This document shows, piece after piece, positions 24,195 to 36,773 of a stretch of DNA of 64,000 bases (position 1 is the stretch's first letter; each line of letters starts with the position of its first letter). Location: assembly GCF_963506605.1 (NCBI RefSeq), contig NC_083284.1, forward strand, positions 62,806,001 through 62,870,000. Reading direction: 5' to 3'. Below the pieces are notes generated by a model. It was given only the letters and a program-made list of their open reading frames with translations, was not told the origin of the DNA and made no database searches. Source of the DNA: Zootoca vivipara. Lineage: Eukaryota. The position numbers were made by a program, and so were the translations under genes.

Positions 24195-25784
24195 TTGCTG
24201 ACCTTGAGCCAGACATCTTGGAGAGTGAAGTCAAATGGGCCTTGGTTGCTGACCTTGAGCCAGACATCTTGGAGAGTGAAGTCAAATGGGCCTTAGAAAG
24301 CACTGCTAATAACAAGGCCAGTGGAAGTGATGATATTCCAGCTGAACTATTTAAAATTTTAAAAGATGATGCTGTTAAGGTGCTACACCCAATATGCCAG
24401 CAAGTTTGGAAAACTCAGCAATGGCCAGAGGATTGGAGAAGATCAGTCTACATCCCAATTCCAAAGAAGGGCAGTGCCAAAGAATGCTCCAACTACCGCA
24501 CAATTGCCCTCATTTCACACGCTAGCAAGGTTATGCTTAAAATTCTACAAGGCAGGCTTAGGCAGTATGTGGACCGAGAACTCCCAGAAGTGCAAGCTGG
24601 ATTTCGAAAGGGCAGAGGAACCAGAGACCAAATAGCAAACATGCGCTGGATTATGGAGAAAGCTAGAGAGTTCCAGAAAAACGTCTACTTCTGCTTCATT
24701 GACTATGCAAAAGCCTTTGACTGTGTCGACCACAGCAAACTATGGCAAGTTCTTAAAGAAATGGGAGTGCCTGATCACCTCATCTGTCTCCTGAGAAATC
24801 TCTATGTGGGACAAGAAGCTACAGTTAGAACTGGATATGGAACAACGGATTGGTTCAAAATTGGGAAAGGAGTACGACAAGGTTGTATATTGTCTCCCTG
24901 CTTATTTAACTTATATGCAGAATTCATCATGCGAAAGGCTGGACTAGATGAATCCCAAGCAGGAATTAAGATTGCCGGAAGAAATATCAACAACCTCAGA
25001 TATGCAGATGACACAACCTTGATGGCAGAAAGTGAGGAGGAATTAAAGAACCTTTTAATGAGGGTGAAAGAGGAGAGCGCAAAATATGGTCTGAAGCTCA
25101 ACATCAAAAAAACCAAGATCATGGCCACTGGTCCCATCACCTCCTGGCAAATAGAAGGGGAAGAAATGGAGGCAGTGAGAGATTTTACTTTCTTGGGCTC
25201 CTTGATCACTGCAGATGGTGACAGCAGTCACGAAATTAAAAGACGCCTGCTTCTTGGGAGAAAAGCAATGACAAACCTAGACAGCATCTTAAAAAGCAGA
25301 GACATCACCTTGCCGACAAAGGTCCGTATAGTTAAAGCTATGGTTTTCCCAGTAGTGATGTATGGAAGTGAGAGCTGGACCATAAAGAAGGCTGATCGCC
25401 GAAGAATTGATGCTTTTGAATTATGGTGCTGGAGGAGACTCTTGAGAGTCCCATGGACTGCTAGAAGATCAAACCTATCCATTCTTAAGGAAATCAGCCC
25501 TGAGTGCTCCCTGGAAGGACAGATCGTGAAGCTGAGGCTCCAATACTTTGGCCACCTCATGAGAAGAGAAGAATCCTTGGAAAAGACCCTGATGTTGGGA
25601 AAGATTGAGGGCACTAGGAGAAGGGGACGACAGAGGACAAGATGGTTGGACAGTGTTCTCGAAGCTACGAACATGAGTTTGACCAAACTACGGGAGGCAG
25701 TGGAAGACAGGAGTGCCTGGCGTGCTATGGTCCATGGGGTCACGAAGAGTCGGACACGACTAAACGACTAAACAACAACAACAA
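24195..25784 (+). mobile_element. BovB (RTE clade) LINE, 5'-truncated, RT frame open
   Basis: ~525-aa open frame with GVRQGCILSP and LRYADD, ending HGVTKSRTRLND*, followed by a (CAA)n tail. Confidence 0.95.
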
Positions 25785-27091
25785 TTACTGCTACCTCTTT
25801 TCCTTTTCACTAGCTCTCAAAAACACATTAGCAGCAACAGCTAAGACATTAAGTTCCTAACCTTATTTTCCATTTTCAGGAATCAACCATTTAATACTCA
25901 GTGTGCATTTAGGAGAGCATTAGGAATATACTGCATTAAGTTGTCGTGCGTCAAATATAATACTTTTAGATCTGTGCCTACATTAGTCAGAGTTGTTTCA
26001 ATTTCTAGAAGACCAGGTTGCTTGCAGTTCAAAGTCCCAGATCCAGCAGTACACTAGCTGCTGGGTATTGTCAGTTCCAGATACAGGATGTGCATTCTCT
26101 GGACAGGAGAAGCAGGAACCTGCCCTGCCTTCTGTTTTATACTGCAGTGGGAATGATCTGCGTCTCCTCTGACCTATTATCTTACTTTCCTACCTTTTTT
26201 ACCATTGGGCTAATTTTTCAGTTAAGCTTTCTTGTAAGAATAGAGGGGGCTTTGATTTCTAGCTGGAACTATTTATTATCACTGTGGATCACCTTTAACC
26301 TGTAATCTACAACTGCCTGCTATGTTACAGCTATGCTATATTATCTGTGTCTAATGAAGGACAAACCTCTTGGTTATGTAAAAAGGTGTTATGGTCTGGG
26401 AGATTATTAAGCATTATGTGGGGTGAGATAAGCCTAAGTCATTTTGGTGAACTCACTAAGAAAGGGATGCATGCATTTGGAATAGGGCATGTGCATTCTC
26501 TAACTGCACAACTATGCACACTGAACCTTTCCTTTGCGAAAGGGCCATTTGTTTAGTGGTAGACATAATATACATGTAGGTCTTGGGTTTGTTCCCTGGA
26601 ATTTTGAACTGGAAAGAGTCCTCCTGAAGAACTGCTGCCAGAGCTAGATAAGCCTGCAGCCTGATTCGGTATAAGGCAGATTTTTATGTTCCTATTAAAT
26701 AGCAAAGTTGCTTTTGGTAAATGGCAAAGTAAAGTTAGGAAATCAGTGTGACCCTGGAGTCCTTTAGGGTTTATAGTCATTTGAGGAAGTAGGATGGTTA
26801 AAGATTGGGGAAACTGGTGTAGTTCTAACTCAACACTAACCCAAATCATTCTCGGAACTGAGACAAGTACCGTATTCTTCATAGGCCTTAAGACTCTCTG
26901 TTGCTCAATCAACAGATGGTTCCAGCTACCAGTTTGTAGTGTATTTTGGATTAGTAAAGTAAGAAGAAGCATTAAAGCTCTTTAAGGGACACAGGGATAC
27001 ACTGTAGCCTTCCTTTGCTATTTACTACAACCCTTTTAAAATACTGTATATCTTGCAAGCCTTACCATGCAACTTTTTCTATAGTTTCTAG

Positions 27092-27228
27092 CAGTGTTGT
27101 TTTTCTAGAAAAAGAGGTACTGGAACTCACCATGAACGCCTCCCTTGTTCTCTTGCAATGGCAATGGCACCCACCTGAGAGGTGCCAGAACAGTTCCAGG
27201 GAGTTCTGGCTGGAAAAAAATATCCCTG
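27092..27228. mobile_element. hAT MITE
   Basis: CAGTG...CCCTG termini; perfect TSD GTTTCTAG. Confidence 0.88.
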
Positions 27229-27405
27229 GTTTCTAGTCCTATAATTAGGACAGGAAGCAGCCCAAGTGCTGGAGAGGATTTACCTGCCCCATTCTAAAGA
27301 TATGACACCAGGTGTCCTTTTAAAGAATGGTTTCACAAGTAATCAGTAAAGTTGGCTTCTCTCACTAGAAAAAGAACCACCCTGAGACCTCTGGGTATAG
27401 GGTGG

Positions 27406-27407
<2 letters not shown>

Positions 27408-27456
<49 letters not shown>
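27408..27456. repeat. (TAA)n microsatellite (tail of a short L2-type fragment)
   Basis: Seen directly. Confidence 0.9.
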
Positions 27457-27457
<1 letters not shown>

Positions 27458-29024
27458 TAATTGAAGAAAAAGAAGATGAAAGTGTCCCTCTTTCACTGTT
27501 AAGCCATAGCTAAATATACAAGAGACTGCCTTGTTCTGAGTCAGGTCTGTACTGACTATCAGCTTTGAGTAGTAACATGTCAGGCAGAGGTTTCTAAAAG
27601 CCCTTTAAACTCAAAACTAAGTGCAGATGATGTCAGTATTGTAATGCCTCATTAAACACCTGACCTCACACATAGGAAGCTTGTACTGTTTTACATAGGC
27701 TACAGTCATGTTTTGGACTGTACAAATAATCCAGCAAATGCAATTTCCGAGCTGATAGTGGGGGGGGGGGCAGGTGATAACAGCATTTATTTCTGTTAGC
27801 ATCAGAACATGGCAGAAATGAAGATGCTATTGCAGATGTAGTGTGGTTCTACCGTATATTCGGTGCTAGTTCTCCCTGACTGAATGACTAGTAGCCAGCA
27901 GTATATAAGCTGCTTCTTAAATGTAAAAGGCATATGCTGCTTATCAATGGGCATTTGAAAATAAGAGTCTCTGAGTGCCCATTTTAACCTGGGGCAGCCA
28001 AAATATATAGCCTCCTATTTTAACTCCATCGATATCAGCCTCTGGCAGTTGATGTGTACAGGATTCTGATTTTGACATCCAACACAGATTTTGATATCTT
28101 CTTCTTCCTACCCAAACAATCCCCTTGGTCTGCAGAGGGTTTAGAGTCCACAATAGCTAGGCCTAGCTCAGGTTACATTAAAATGGAAATGGACTAATTT
28201 GAGCAAAACAAATACTAAAAGCCTTCTGGCAGCAGTCCTATACATGACGATTAAGAGGCAAACACCACTGAATTCACTGAGACTTATTCAATCCAAAACA
28301 TGCATAGGATTGAGCCTGAGTAGTCATTTGTTAAATTTTAAATTATTTTATTTGAGGGTGACCTGAAGCTATGGCTCTTTCCTACAACCCCTCTTTTATC
28401 ATCCTGATCGCTCCTTTCCTTTAAAATTCTAATTCGGGAGCTTTTACAAGTGACCATTCCAATAATTCATGTTCCTATTTTCAATGTCTCATTTAAATAA
28501 TTTAAATGAAGTAAGAGTGAATTCCTCAAAGGAGCTACTGTTGCATCAATATTGATTCCCAAATGAGCAAGCTGATCTCGAGCCAGAATCAACTGCACAG
28601 ACAATTGTGCTTCTATAACTGGTCAAGCACTAGCAAGTCTTTACAAATTCAAAACCCAGTGTTCATATAAAAAGGATAAACCAAGGATGAGGAACCTTTT
28701 GCCATTCAGATGGTGTTGGACTATGTTTTACATAGGCTACAGTCAAGTTTTGGAAACATACATATCCCATCAATCCCAGACAGCAATGGTCAGAGATAAT
28801 GGAAGTTGTAGTCTTAACAGTGCCTTAAAGGCAGGTTTTCCCTGTAGATTTATTTATATGTAAAACAGTCAAAATCTGTTTAGATAGGGTTGCCATATTT
28901 CAAAAAGTAAAGACAATGACACCCCAAAAGTAGTTGAGTGGTGGTGTTGTTTTTGAAAACCCCAAAGCAACTTTTCAATTGACTTGCCTAAAATCCAGGA
29001 CAGAGCAGGGCCCCTGGTCCACCA

Positions 29025-29240
29025 CAGTGGTACCTCGGGTTGCGGACCCGATCTATTCTGGGTGCCGTTCGCACTCCAAAAAGTCTGCAACCCAAGCAGC
29101 GCTTTCACGCATGCGCGAAGCACACAGAATGCTTCTGTGCTGTGCGTGCGGCGGAACCCAGAAGTAAACACTTCTGGGTCCGCCGTGTTTGTATCCTGAA
29201 AGAACGCAACCCGCAGCGGACGCAACCTGAGGTATGACTG
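29025..29240. mobile_element. Tc1/mariner MITE, probably nested in an older TAGGGTTGCCA-type element (~28885-29288)
   Basis: TIR CAGT..TACCTC(G/A)GGTTGCG; right flank TA, left flank CA. Confidence 0.8.
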
Positions 29241-30968
29241 TACTACTGTACTACATTGACAAAGGTTCAATATAGGGCAGCCACTATACCAATGACAGTA
29301 TGAAAAGCTAGCTAAGGAAAAGAGAAGGATCCCTGCAGGCTGTGGCTGCTAGGAGTGAAGAGGAGCAAGATCTATTCTCTGTTCCCTATGACTGAGGTCA
29401 TAGTCTCTGAGCTTTCATGGTGCAGGTTAAACAGGAAATGGCTCAGTAACTCTCACATTGGTGCTGTAAAATGATAATTAAAGCACTGTTTATCCAGTGT
29501 CTCTCAAAGGTCAGTTTGGCTCCATAAACAGTAACTGCATAGGTATCTTTTGCTCTTCCGTGATACTTTAGTATATTCAGATCCAGCAAATACTATGGAG
29601 ATATACATTTCTTTTCTCCATGTTAATTAGCCTCTTCAGCAGTTACTATGGGAATTAAAACAGTCCCAACAGTATGCATGGTGTTACAGAGCAATGGAAA
29701 CATGAAAGTGATCTTTTGCTATACAGAGGCAAGATCTTGCCATTTTCTTGGCTCCTGTATGCAACTTATTAATGTGGAGGAGTCTCTCTTTAACAAACAT
29801 CAAATTCCTTTGGAAGATAAAGAACATGTTTGCCAAACAAGCATTTCAAGGGGGGATAAGGATGGTCAGCTGCACACAGAAAAGATACAGACCAATTACA
29901 GGGTTTTTTCCCCCTTAGGTTGAACTACTGGTACTAACACAACTTATACATATTTTGCAAAGCAAGTTTATGAAAAATGTGTAGGTCTTTTTTTTTTTAG
30001 GGTAAGTAGGACAGCTAAGCATAACCTGCTGCAGCCATAACCATTGCATGACTTCTCTAGCTGTTTGTTTTCAATTTTAGCTAAATCATGTGTGAAAGAA
30101 GTCTTGTACCTCTCTGCTTAGCACTGTTGCTGACTAGTAAAAAAAACAGGCTGCAGTAGCTGATAATAGATTGGGAGATGAACAGAGACAAACACGTTTA
30201 CTGTCAAAAGCAGAACAGCCCTGTCACAGAGGGGATAAAGTACAATCTGAGTATGGTATAAAAGATAATGTGGGATTTGAGGAGGCAGAGGTATGCATTT
30301 GCCTTCACACACTTAATGTTTGCTGCAGGCAACACTGCATTTAAGGCAAATGTGAATGCTACATAAAGTGTGCAGCCCCTCTGGCTCATCAATAGAGAGG
30401 ACTGAAATTCATTCTCTCCTCTCTCTTTCTCTTACACACACATGCAGAGCCTTTCATGGGCTCTGCTTTTTTAAAAAACAAAAAAAGAAAAACAAACCCT
30501 GCATATATGTGATTAATGCATTCCAGAAAGTCAACTGCTACGTACTATGGATACATGCAGTGAAACACCTGTACATGCAGCTGCCACGCATGACAATCTA
30601 CATGTTTGTTGCACATAATTTAGGAGAGAAAAACTCCCTAGAAGACTTTTGTAGTCTGGTCCTAAAAATGGGATATAGAGCAGCACACTTTAGTGAAAAT
30701 GTTCCAGATTATGAATCTTTAATGTCATTAAACTATAAATGGGTACCATATTTTTATTTCTCTGCTATTACGTATGTATGAGTTCTTCTACTGACAATGT
30801 TCCACAACCTTTCTATCCGTGAGCTCCTTAACGTCCTTGGCTACCTCCAACCTTGCTGTAGCAAAAAGCATTCTAATGTGATCTATTATTTGCCCAGGTC
30901 TGATACAGTCCTAAAGATCCTCTTCCAGTGCCTTGCCATGTCTTGGCATTACCACCATCAACAAGCCA

Positions 30969-31302
30969 GATTGTGTCCCTGCAAGAAGATCAAACCTATC
31001 CATTCTGAAGGAAATCAGCCCCGAGTGGACACTGGAAGGACAGATCCTGAAGCTAAGGCTCCAATATTTTGGCCACCTCATGAGAAGAGAAGACTCCCTG
31101 GAAAAGAGCCTGATGTTGGGAAAGATGGAGGGCACTAGGAGAAGGGGACGACAGAGGACGAGATGGTTGGACAGTGTTCTTGAAGCTACAAACATGAGTT
31201 TGACCAAACTGCGGGAGGCAGTGGAAGACAGGAGTGCCTGGCGTGCTTTGGTACATGGGGTCTCGAAGAGTCGGACACGACTAAATGATTAAACAACAAC
31301 AA
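30969..31302 (+). mobile_element. BovB 3' fragment
   Basis: Closely similar to 25460-25784; (CAA)n tail. Confidence 0.92.
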
Positions 31303-32086
31303 AGCCACATGCTTTCCTCTCTTTAAATCTGAAATATTTGTCAACAAAGGGAAAAGGATGACCCAAAATAGAGCTGATGTAGAAAGGGCTAATGTTTTCA
31401 CCCATGAATTCCAAATGTTCAAAGAATTTTTTTAATGAATATATTTAGAATGGTTAATGCTATAGTCAAAAAAGAGACAGGAAAGGTTAGTGAAAAGCAC
31501 AGCTTATTCTCTTAAAAGTTATCAACTTAGAACAGAATTAACAGAATTAAGGGAAAGGCTTTGACATGTATTTTTGAACACTTAAATTTTCTGTAAAGGC
31601 TACTGTGCTGTAAAAGGTTAGAACTAGGTCACTCCTAGGTGTAAAAGGACTCTCTTCTGATCAGGTAATGACTCATGGCATTAGCAAATTCTCTGTTCCT
31701 CATCTGTAAAACAGAACAACAGCCTAGAGTAGAGTAGTCTTGGTCCCAGCAGCTGCTGGTGGACTCCAACAGCTGCAGCCAGCATGGCAAATGGACAGGG
31801 ATGATGGGAGTTGTCATCCAAGACATCCAAAGAGCATCAGGTTGGGGAAACCTGGTATACAGAAATCATGGGCGGTGGCAGCAGGAAGGGGAATATAACA
31901 AAAGCTGTAAAGCAGGGGTGCCTAACCTGTGGCCCTCTAGACATTATTGGACTCCAAATACCATCAGCCACAGTCAGCATGACGAGGGATGATGGGGTTT
32001 GTAGTCCAACAACAATCAATTAACTGTACAACATACTGTGGCCAACATAGTATTGTATATCTTTACTTTCTCCCATTTTGTCAATA

Positions 32087-32307
32087 CAGTGGTACCTTGG
32101 TTTGCAACCATGTTGGATTACAATCATTTTGGATTACAACTACGTCAAACCCAGAAGTGTGTGTCCCTTTTTTTTTTTACAACCCATTTTTTTTATTACA
32201 ACCCATTTGGGGGGGGGGGGAGGCCCCATTGGCAAAAGGTTACAACCCGTTTTGGTTTACAACCGGACCTCCGGAATGGATTATGGTTGTAAACCAAGGT
32301 ACCACTG
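32087..32307. mobile_element. Tc1/mariner MITE
   Basis: TA TSD; TIR CAGTGGTACCTTGGTTT. Confidence 0.88.
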
Positions 32308-35294
32308 TACTCCTACCCTAAACTCCAATATGCTTAATTTGTTCATGCGTCTAAGATAAGGCACACTCCTCCACTGACTCCAGAGACAGACGGATGCCAA
32401 GCACAGATCAATAAAAAATACTTGTCCAATAAAAAATACTTTGTTACTTCAAAATGTCACTTAAGTGTACTGTATATATATGGCAAGAGGAAAAATCCTG
32501 AGATTATGTTTAGAAACTTGCCAGGTCCTTTCAGGACAACCGAAGGTAGCCTAGTGACAACAGTAAGAATCCAAGACAACAGTAAGTGGGTGGGTATTTC
32601 ATTCACAAAATCCATGTGACAGAAAGTAAGAATCCAAGTGGTTAGATACTTCACTCTCCAGTTAGAAACATAGAAAATCCTGTGGACACTAGCAAGGCTC
32701 AGAATTTTCAATTCTGGTCAGGACAGGAAATTTGAACACAGAATAAAGAACAGGAAGAAGAATAAGCTACTGCTTACGTGAGTATACAGAACACACCCTT
32801 TATACAAGACCCAGCAGTGAGGTACAAAGGTGATAAAAAATAAGCAGCTGTTTTAGTCATTTAATAGGGAGGATTATGCCCTTTTGAACAATAAAAGAAG
32901 AGGAATGCATTGATTTTTCACTAACTTCATTTTCTTGAGGTGTTCAAAGATATTAGCACACATGAAATAAGTTACTACACACACTCTTGAGGAAGAAATT
33001 GAAGGTATTATATTCCACAGTAAAATGTGTACTCATAAAAAAATGATATAAATGTCAAATAACTTATGTCCAGGATTTATGTCCTCGTTTTTCAATTCAC
33101 TTCTAGGATGTGTTCTTTGGGTTGTCGCACATCCCCATTTTGAATCACAAACTAGAACTGGCCATCAGTTTATTAATTCCTCAGAGGCACACAAAAACCC
33201 ACTTATCACATTTAACCCTTTGAGCTGCTCAGTGTCCACACTTGGAAGAAAGCTAAGTTACAGTGGAAGTTCCAGGACAAATAATTGAAACATAAACAAC
33301 CTCTGCCACTATTGCTCCAAGCATAGTCTGAAGCTATCCCAAAGGACTCTTTCAATTTCTAAAGCAGACTAGGTGAACTATGTTTATTCAGAACAACAAG
33401 AATGGCAAGATTTAAACTGATGCAAATTGTCTTCTTTTACATATAAATACTAAAATGTTCATACACCAACTCCTACAAATTTGCTGTAACACAAGAATTC
33501 TAGCTTCTTCTGCAATCCTAAGCACAAATATTGGATAATAATTCACACTGAACACTGTGGCACTTTCTTCCAAGTAAACATACATAATGGATGTACTGTT
33601 AGGGGTTTTCACACAGATTTCGCACATTTAAAAAAGTCACTTATACACTTACTTTCCTCTAACTAAACGTTTGCTCTCCAGCTGCATTTTTCTCTTGCAG
33701 CACCCCACAATCAAAACATAACCATTGATCTGCATATCTAAATAGAGAAATGAGATTAATGAAGTTTTAAACTCCTCCTACCTTCGCCACCCAGTTGAAC
33801 AATGGTGACATCCTAACAAGGGCAGATGCAGCAGTGTGTGGAAAGTTGCAATTCCAGCCACTTTCGCCTCTCCTCTTTCAGCGTTTGCGCTCTCATAAAA
33901 CCGCCCTCTCCCACATCTGCCTCGAGCAGTAAGCTCATTTACTGAGAAACAAGAAAGCACTTCTTTCAGACTATTCGCTCCATGCTGCAAAAAACCACGC
34001 TCCTTCCAAGCTCCGCAAGCAACTATGAGGTCACCGGTCTCTCGCACACAATTCCACAGTCTATCGCAGAGATTCATTGCAAGGAAGGAAAAGGCTGGGT
34101 GGGTTACGCGCAGAAATGAGATTTTCTATAGGCTGCTTTCAAAAGACGACTCCACCTACTCTCAGGGAGAGGCAGTTAAAGAAAGTACCAACAAAGTCCT
34201 GCTCTGTAGATCACTCAGGAAGTTGTGAAACGGGGCAGTTTTTTTATTTAAGAGAACTGCAATAACATGCCAAGGAGGGGAGTTATGAACATATGCTGGC
34301 AACTTTTAAGGAGTTCTGAATAAAAGAGAGTATTCATAGAACTTACTTAAAACAACACGCACACGCACAGTCTCCCAACAACACAGCCATTAATAGGACT
34401 TTCTAGAAACATCCCAACTTACAAATAAATAATGTCACTGGCTAATTGAAAATAAACGCAAAACCCCCAAAGTCAGTAAAATCGTTTTTTGTCTTTCTGC
34501 TAACAGCAGCATTCCTAGCCCCACTTACTTCTGAGTAGACATGGTAGGGACTGCAGCCTCCACTAATACATCAATATTGGAGCAACAGTGGAATAGTGAT
34601 TTTTGCAATATTAACATGAAATATACATTGGGCGCTTGTCCTGTCCTTTATTTTCAAACATATTTTGCAAAATATAATGAATTTTGGTAATAGTGAAGTT
34701 AAGTAGGCTAATGTAAGTGCTGCTTTCTTCCCTCTCTGGAAAAAGCAATGTTGATGAATTGCTTTTTGGGGTGGGAGGGACTGTGTGCAACTAGAAGCAA
34801 GCTTTCCTCACATTTTAAAATGTTTTGTGTGTTTAGCTTTTTGGCAACAGACATGTAGATGAACAGTTTTCATGCAGTATGGCTTAATTTCTAAATAAGA
34901 GGCATGAGTCAATCTTGTCTGAAAATTATACTACTTGGACCCTGTGCAGAGAATAATTGATGGTGTTGGGTTTGCACTCTGCACATGTGCAATGGCACTC
35001 TGCACACATTCCTAAATAAGTGCTGTGATGAAAAACAGCAAGTCCTATAAATTTAAAATGTTACCAGCTGCCACTGAATGTTGGGATGAGTCTACATCAC
35101 ACACTGATTTAAACAAATACATTTCTTGGTTGTAGGCTTCTGGTTCTAGAAGAAATGTGAGAAATGCTGATATACATCAGATTAGTTTACTTTCAAAATT
35201 ATTCACTGTAACACCAGTATTATCACATGGCTACTGTAGGAGGAATACCATAGCAAAGCCCAGTCTATCGGCTTGGACAAGAGATGAGCTGTCC

Positions 35295-35685
35295 TAAAGG
35301 TCTCCCCATACAAATCAACCTGATCCTGTGCTCATGATCCAAGGCCCTTCTTTGTGTGCCTCTTCCACGAAAGGTCCATAGGGTAGCAACACAAAAACAG
35401 ACTGTAGTGGCTTCCCATTTGTGGAATGCCCTGTCCAGGAAGGCTTGCCTGGTGCCATCATTATATATCTTTAGACACCAGGCAAAATTCCTCTATAACC
35501 TGGCCTTTGGCCTTTAACTATCTGTGGCCTCTTAGAATTGGGTGGGATGTTTTTAACGTATTTCTCTTTCTTTCTTGGTTTTAATGTATTTATGTGAGAT
35601 TTATCATCTGTCTGTTTATTTGGTTGCAAATCACTTTGGATTGCCCTGTGTAAGATAAAGCAACTAACAGATTTAATTAATAGTT

Positions 35686-35731
<46 letters not shown>
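35295..35731 (+). mobile_element. Degenerate L2 3' fragment with (TAA)n tail
   Basis: TGTGGAATGCCCT and related L2 3' motifs followed by a microsatellite tail. Confidence 0.6.
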
Positions 35732-35732
<1 letters not shown>

Positions 35733-36539
35733 GCAGCCACTTCACATCAGAGGGAAAGATGGGTCAGCAGTGGCCACTCCATAGGCTTGGGGAGAGACCA
35801 GCTGCTTCCTCCCAAGCTGTTCCTTATAAGAACTATATAACTTTCCTTTCCTCCCCCCCCCCCCCCATTCTGTTTCCTGTCTTTTAAATTGAAGCATATG
35901 GGCAGTGACGGTAATCTGTGTACAGCACTTAGCAAATCTCAGGTGCTTTATGAATGATGTTATTTACACAGTGTTGGAAAGGCAAGGTCTTTTTGCTCTT
36001 ACCTTTTATTGTGCTGTTTGACCCAATGTTTTAAAGAGTGGAGATGATTGTCTACACCATTGGTCACATGCTGCTCTTATTAGAGAGTGAGTGCAGGGTT
36101 TTCCTTTCCGCACTAATGGTGGGTTGTGTCCAAATTGAGAAAAGTTCTGTGGCTCTAGTCACACTCCTTACATACCCTCATGATCCTCCAGCAGTAAACA
36201 TCATCGTTATGAGCATGTATAAAGCTGCAACTGCTTCATGGAATTTTAATTATTATTATTTAAATGCCTAGCATTTTGGAATTCTAACCTTGTGGTAGTA
36301 TAGCAGATTCGAAGGTGCGTCAGCCTGAGCTATGGTGAACTTGGTTGTTGTGATGAAATTTTGTCTGCAGCTAATGAATGTTGTCATGGGCAGAGCTTTG
36401 ACTCAACATCATCTCCATCTGTCGATGTCACAAACTGACAGCTTGCAAAGGTCAGAGAGAAGTCGCACAAAACAGATGCCTCCAAAGCCATGCCCACCAA
36501 CCCCAAACCACAAATAAACCAGGACACTGTGCTTGTACA

Positions 36540-36666
36540 CAGTGCTATTTTTCTAGAAAAAGCGGTACTGAAGCTCACCACAAACTTCTCCCTTGTTCTC
36601 TTAGAACGGCACACTTGAGAGGTGCTGGAGCTGAGCTCCTGTGAGCTCTGCTGGAAAAAAATCCTG
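36540..36666. mobile_element. hAT MITE (same family as 27092-27228)
   Basis: Perfect TSD CTTGTACA. Confidence 0.88.
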
Positions 36667-36725
36667 CTTGTACATATTCCAGACAGATGAAAATGTTGAG
36701 GATCCATTCAGGATCCTTCATAAAA

Positions 36726-36733
36726 GTTGTTGT

Positions 36734-36765
<32 letters not shown>

Positions 36766-36773
36766 TTGTTGTT
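36726..36773. repeat. (GTT/GCT)n microsatellite
   Basis: Seen directly. Confidence 0.9.

Noticed and set aside
33653-33687. ATG plus strong donor AAA|GTAAGT near the candidate alternative exon
   Set aside because: The ATG frame is phase 2 and out of frame with exon 3; the phase-0 frame has a TAG just before the donor
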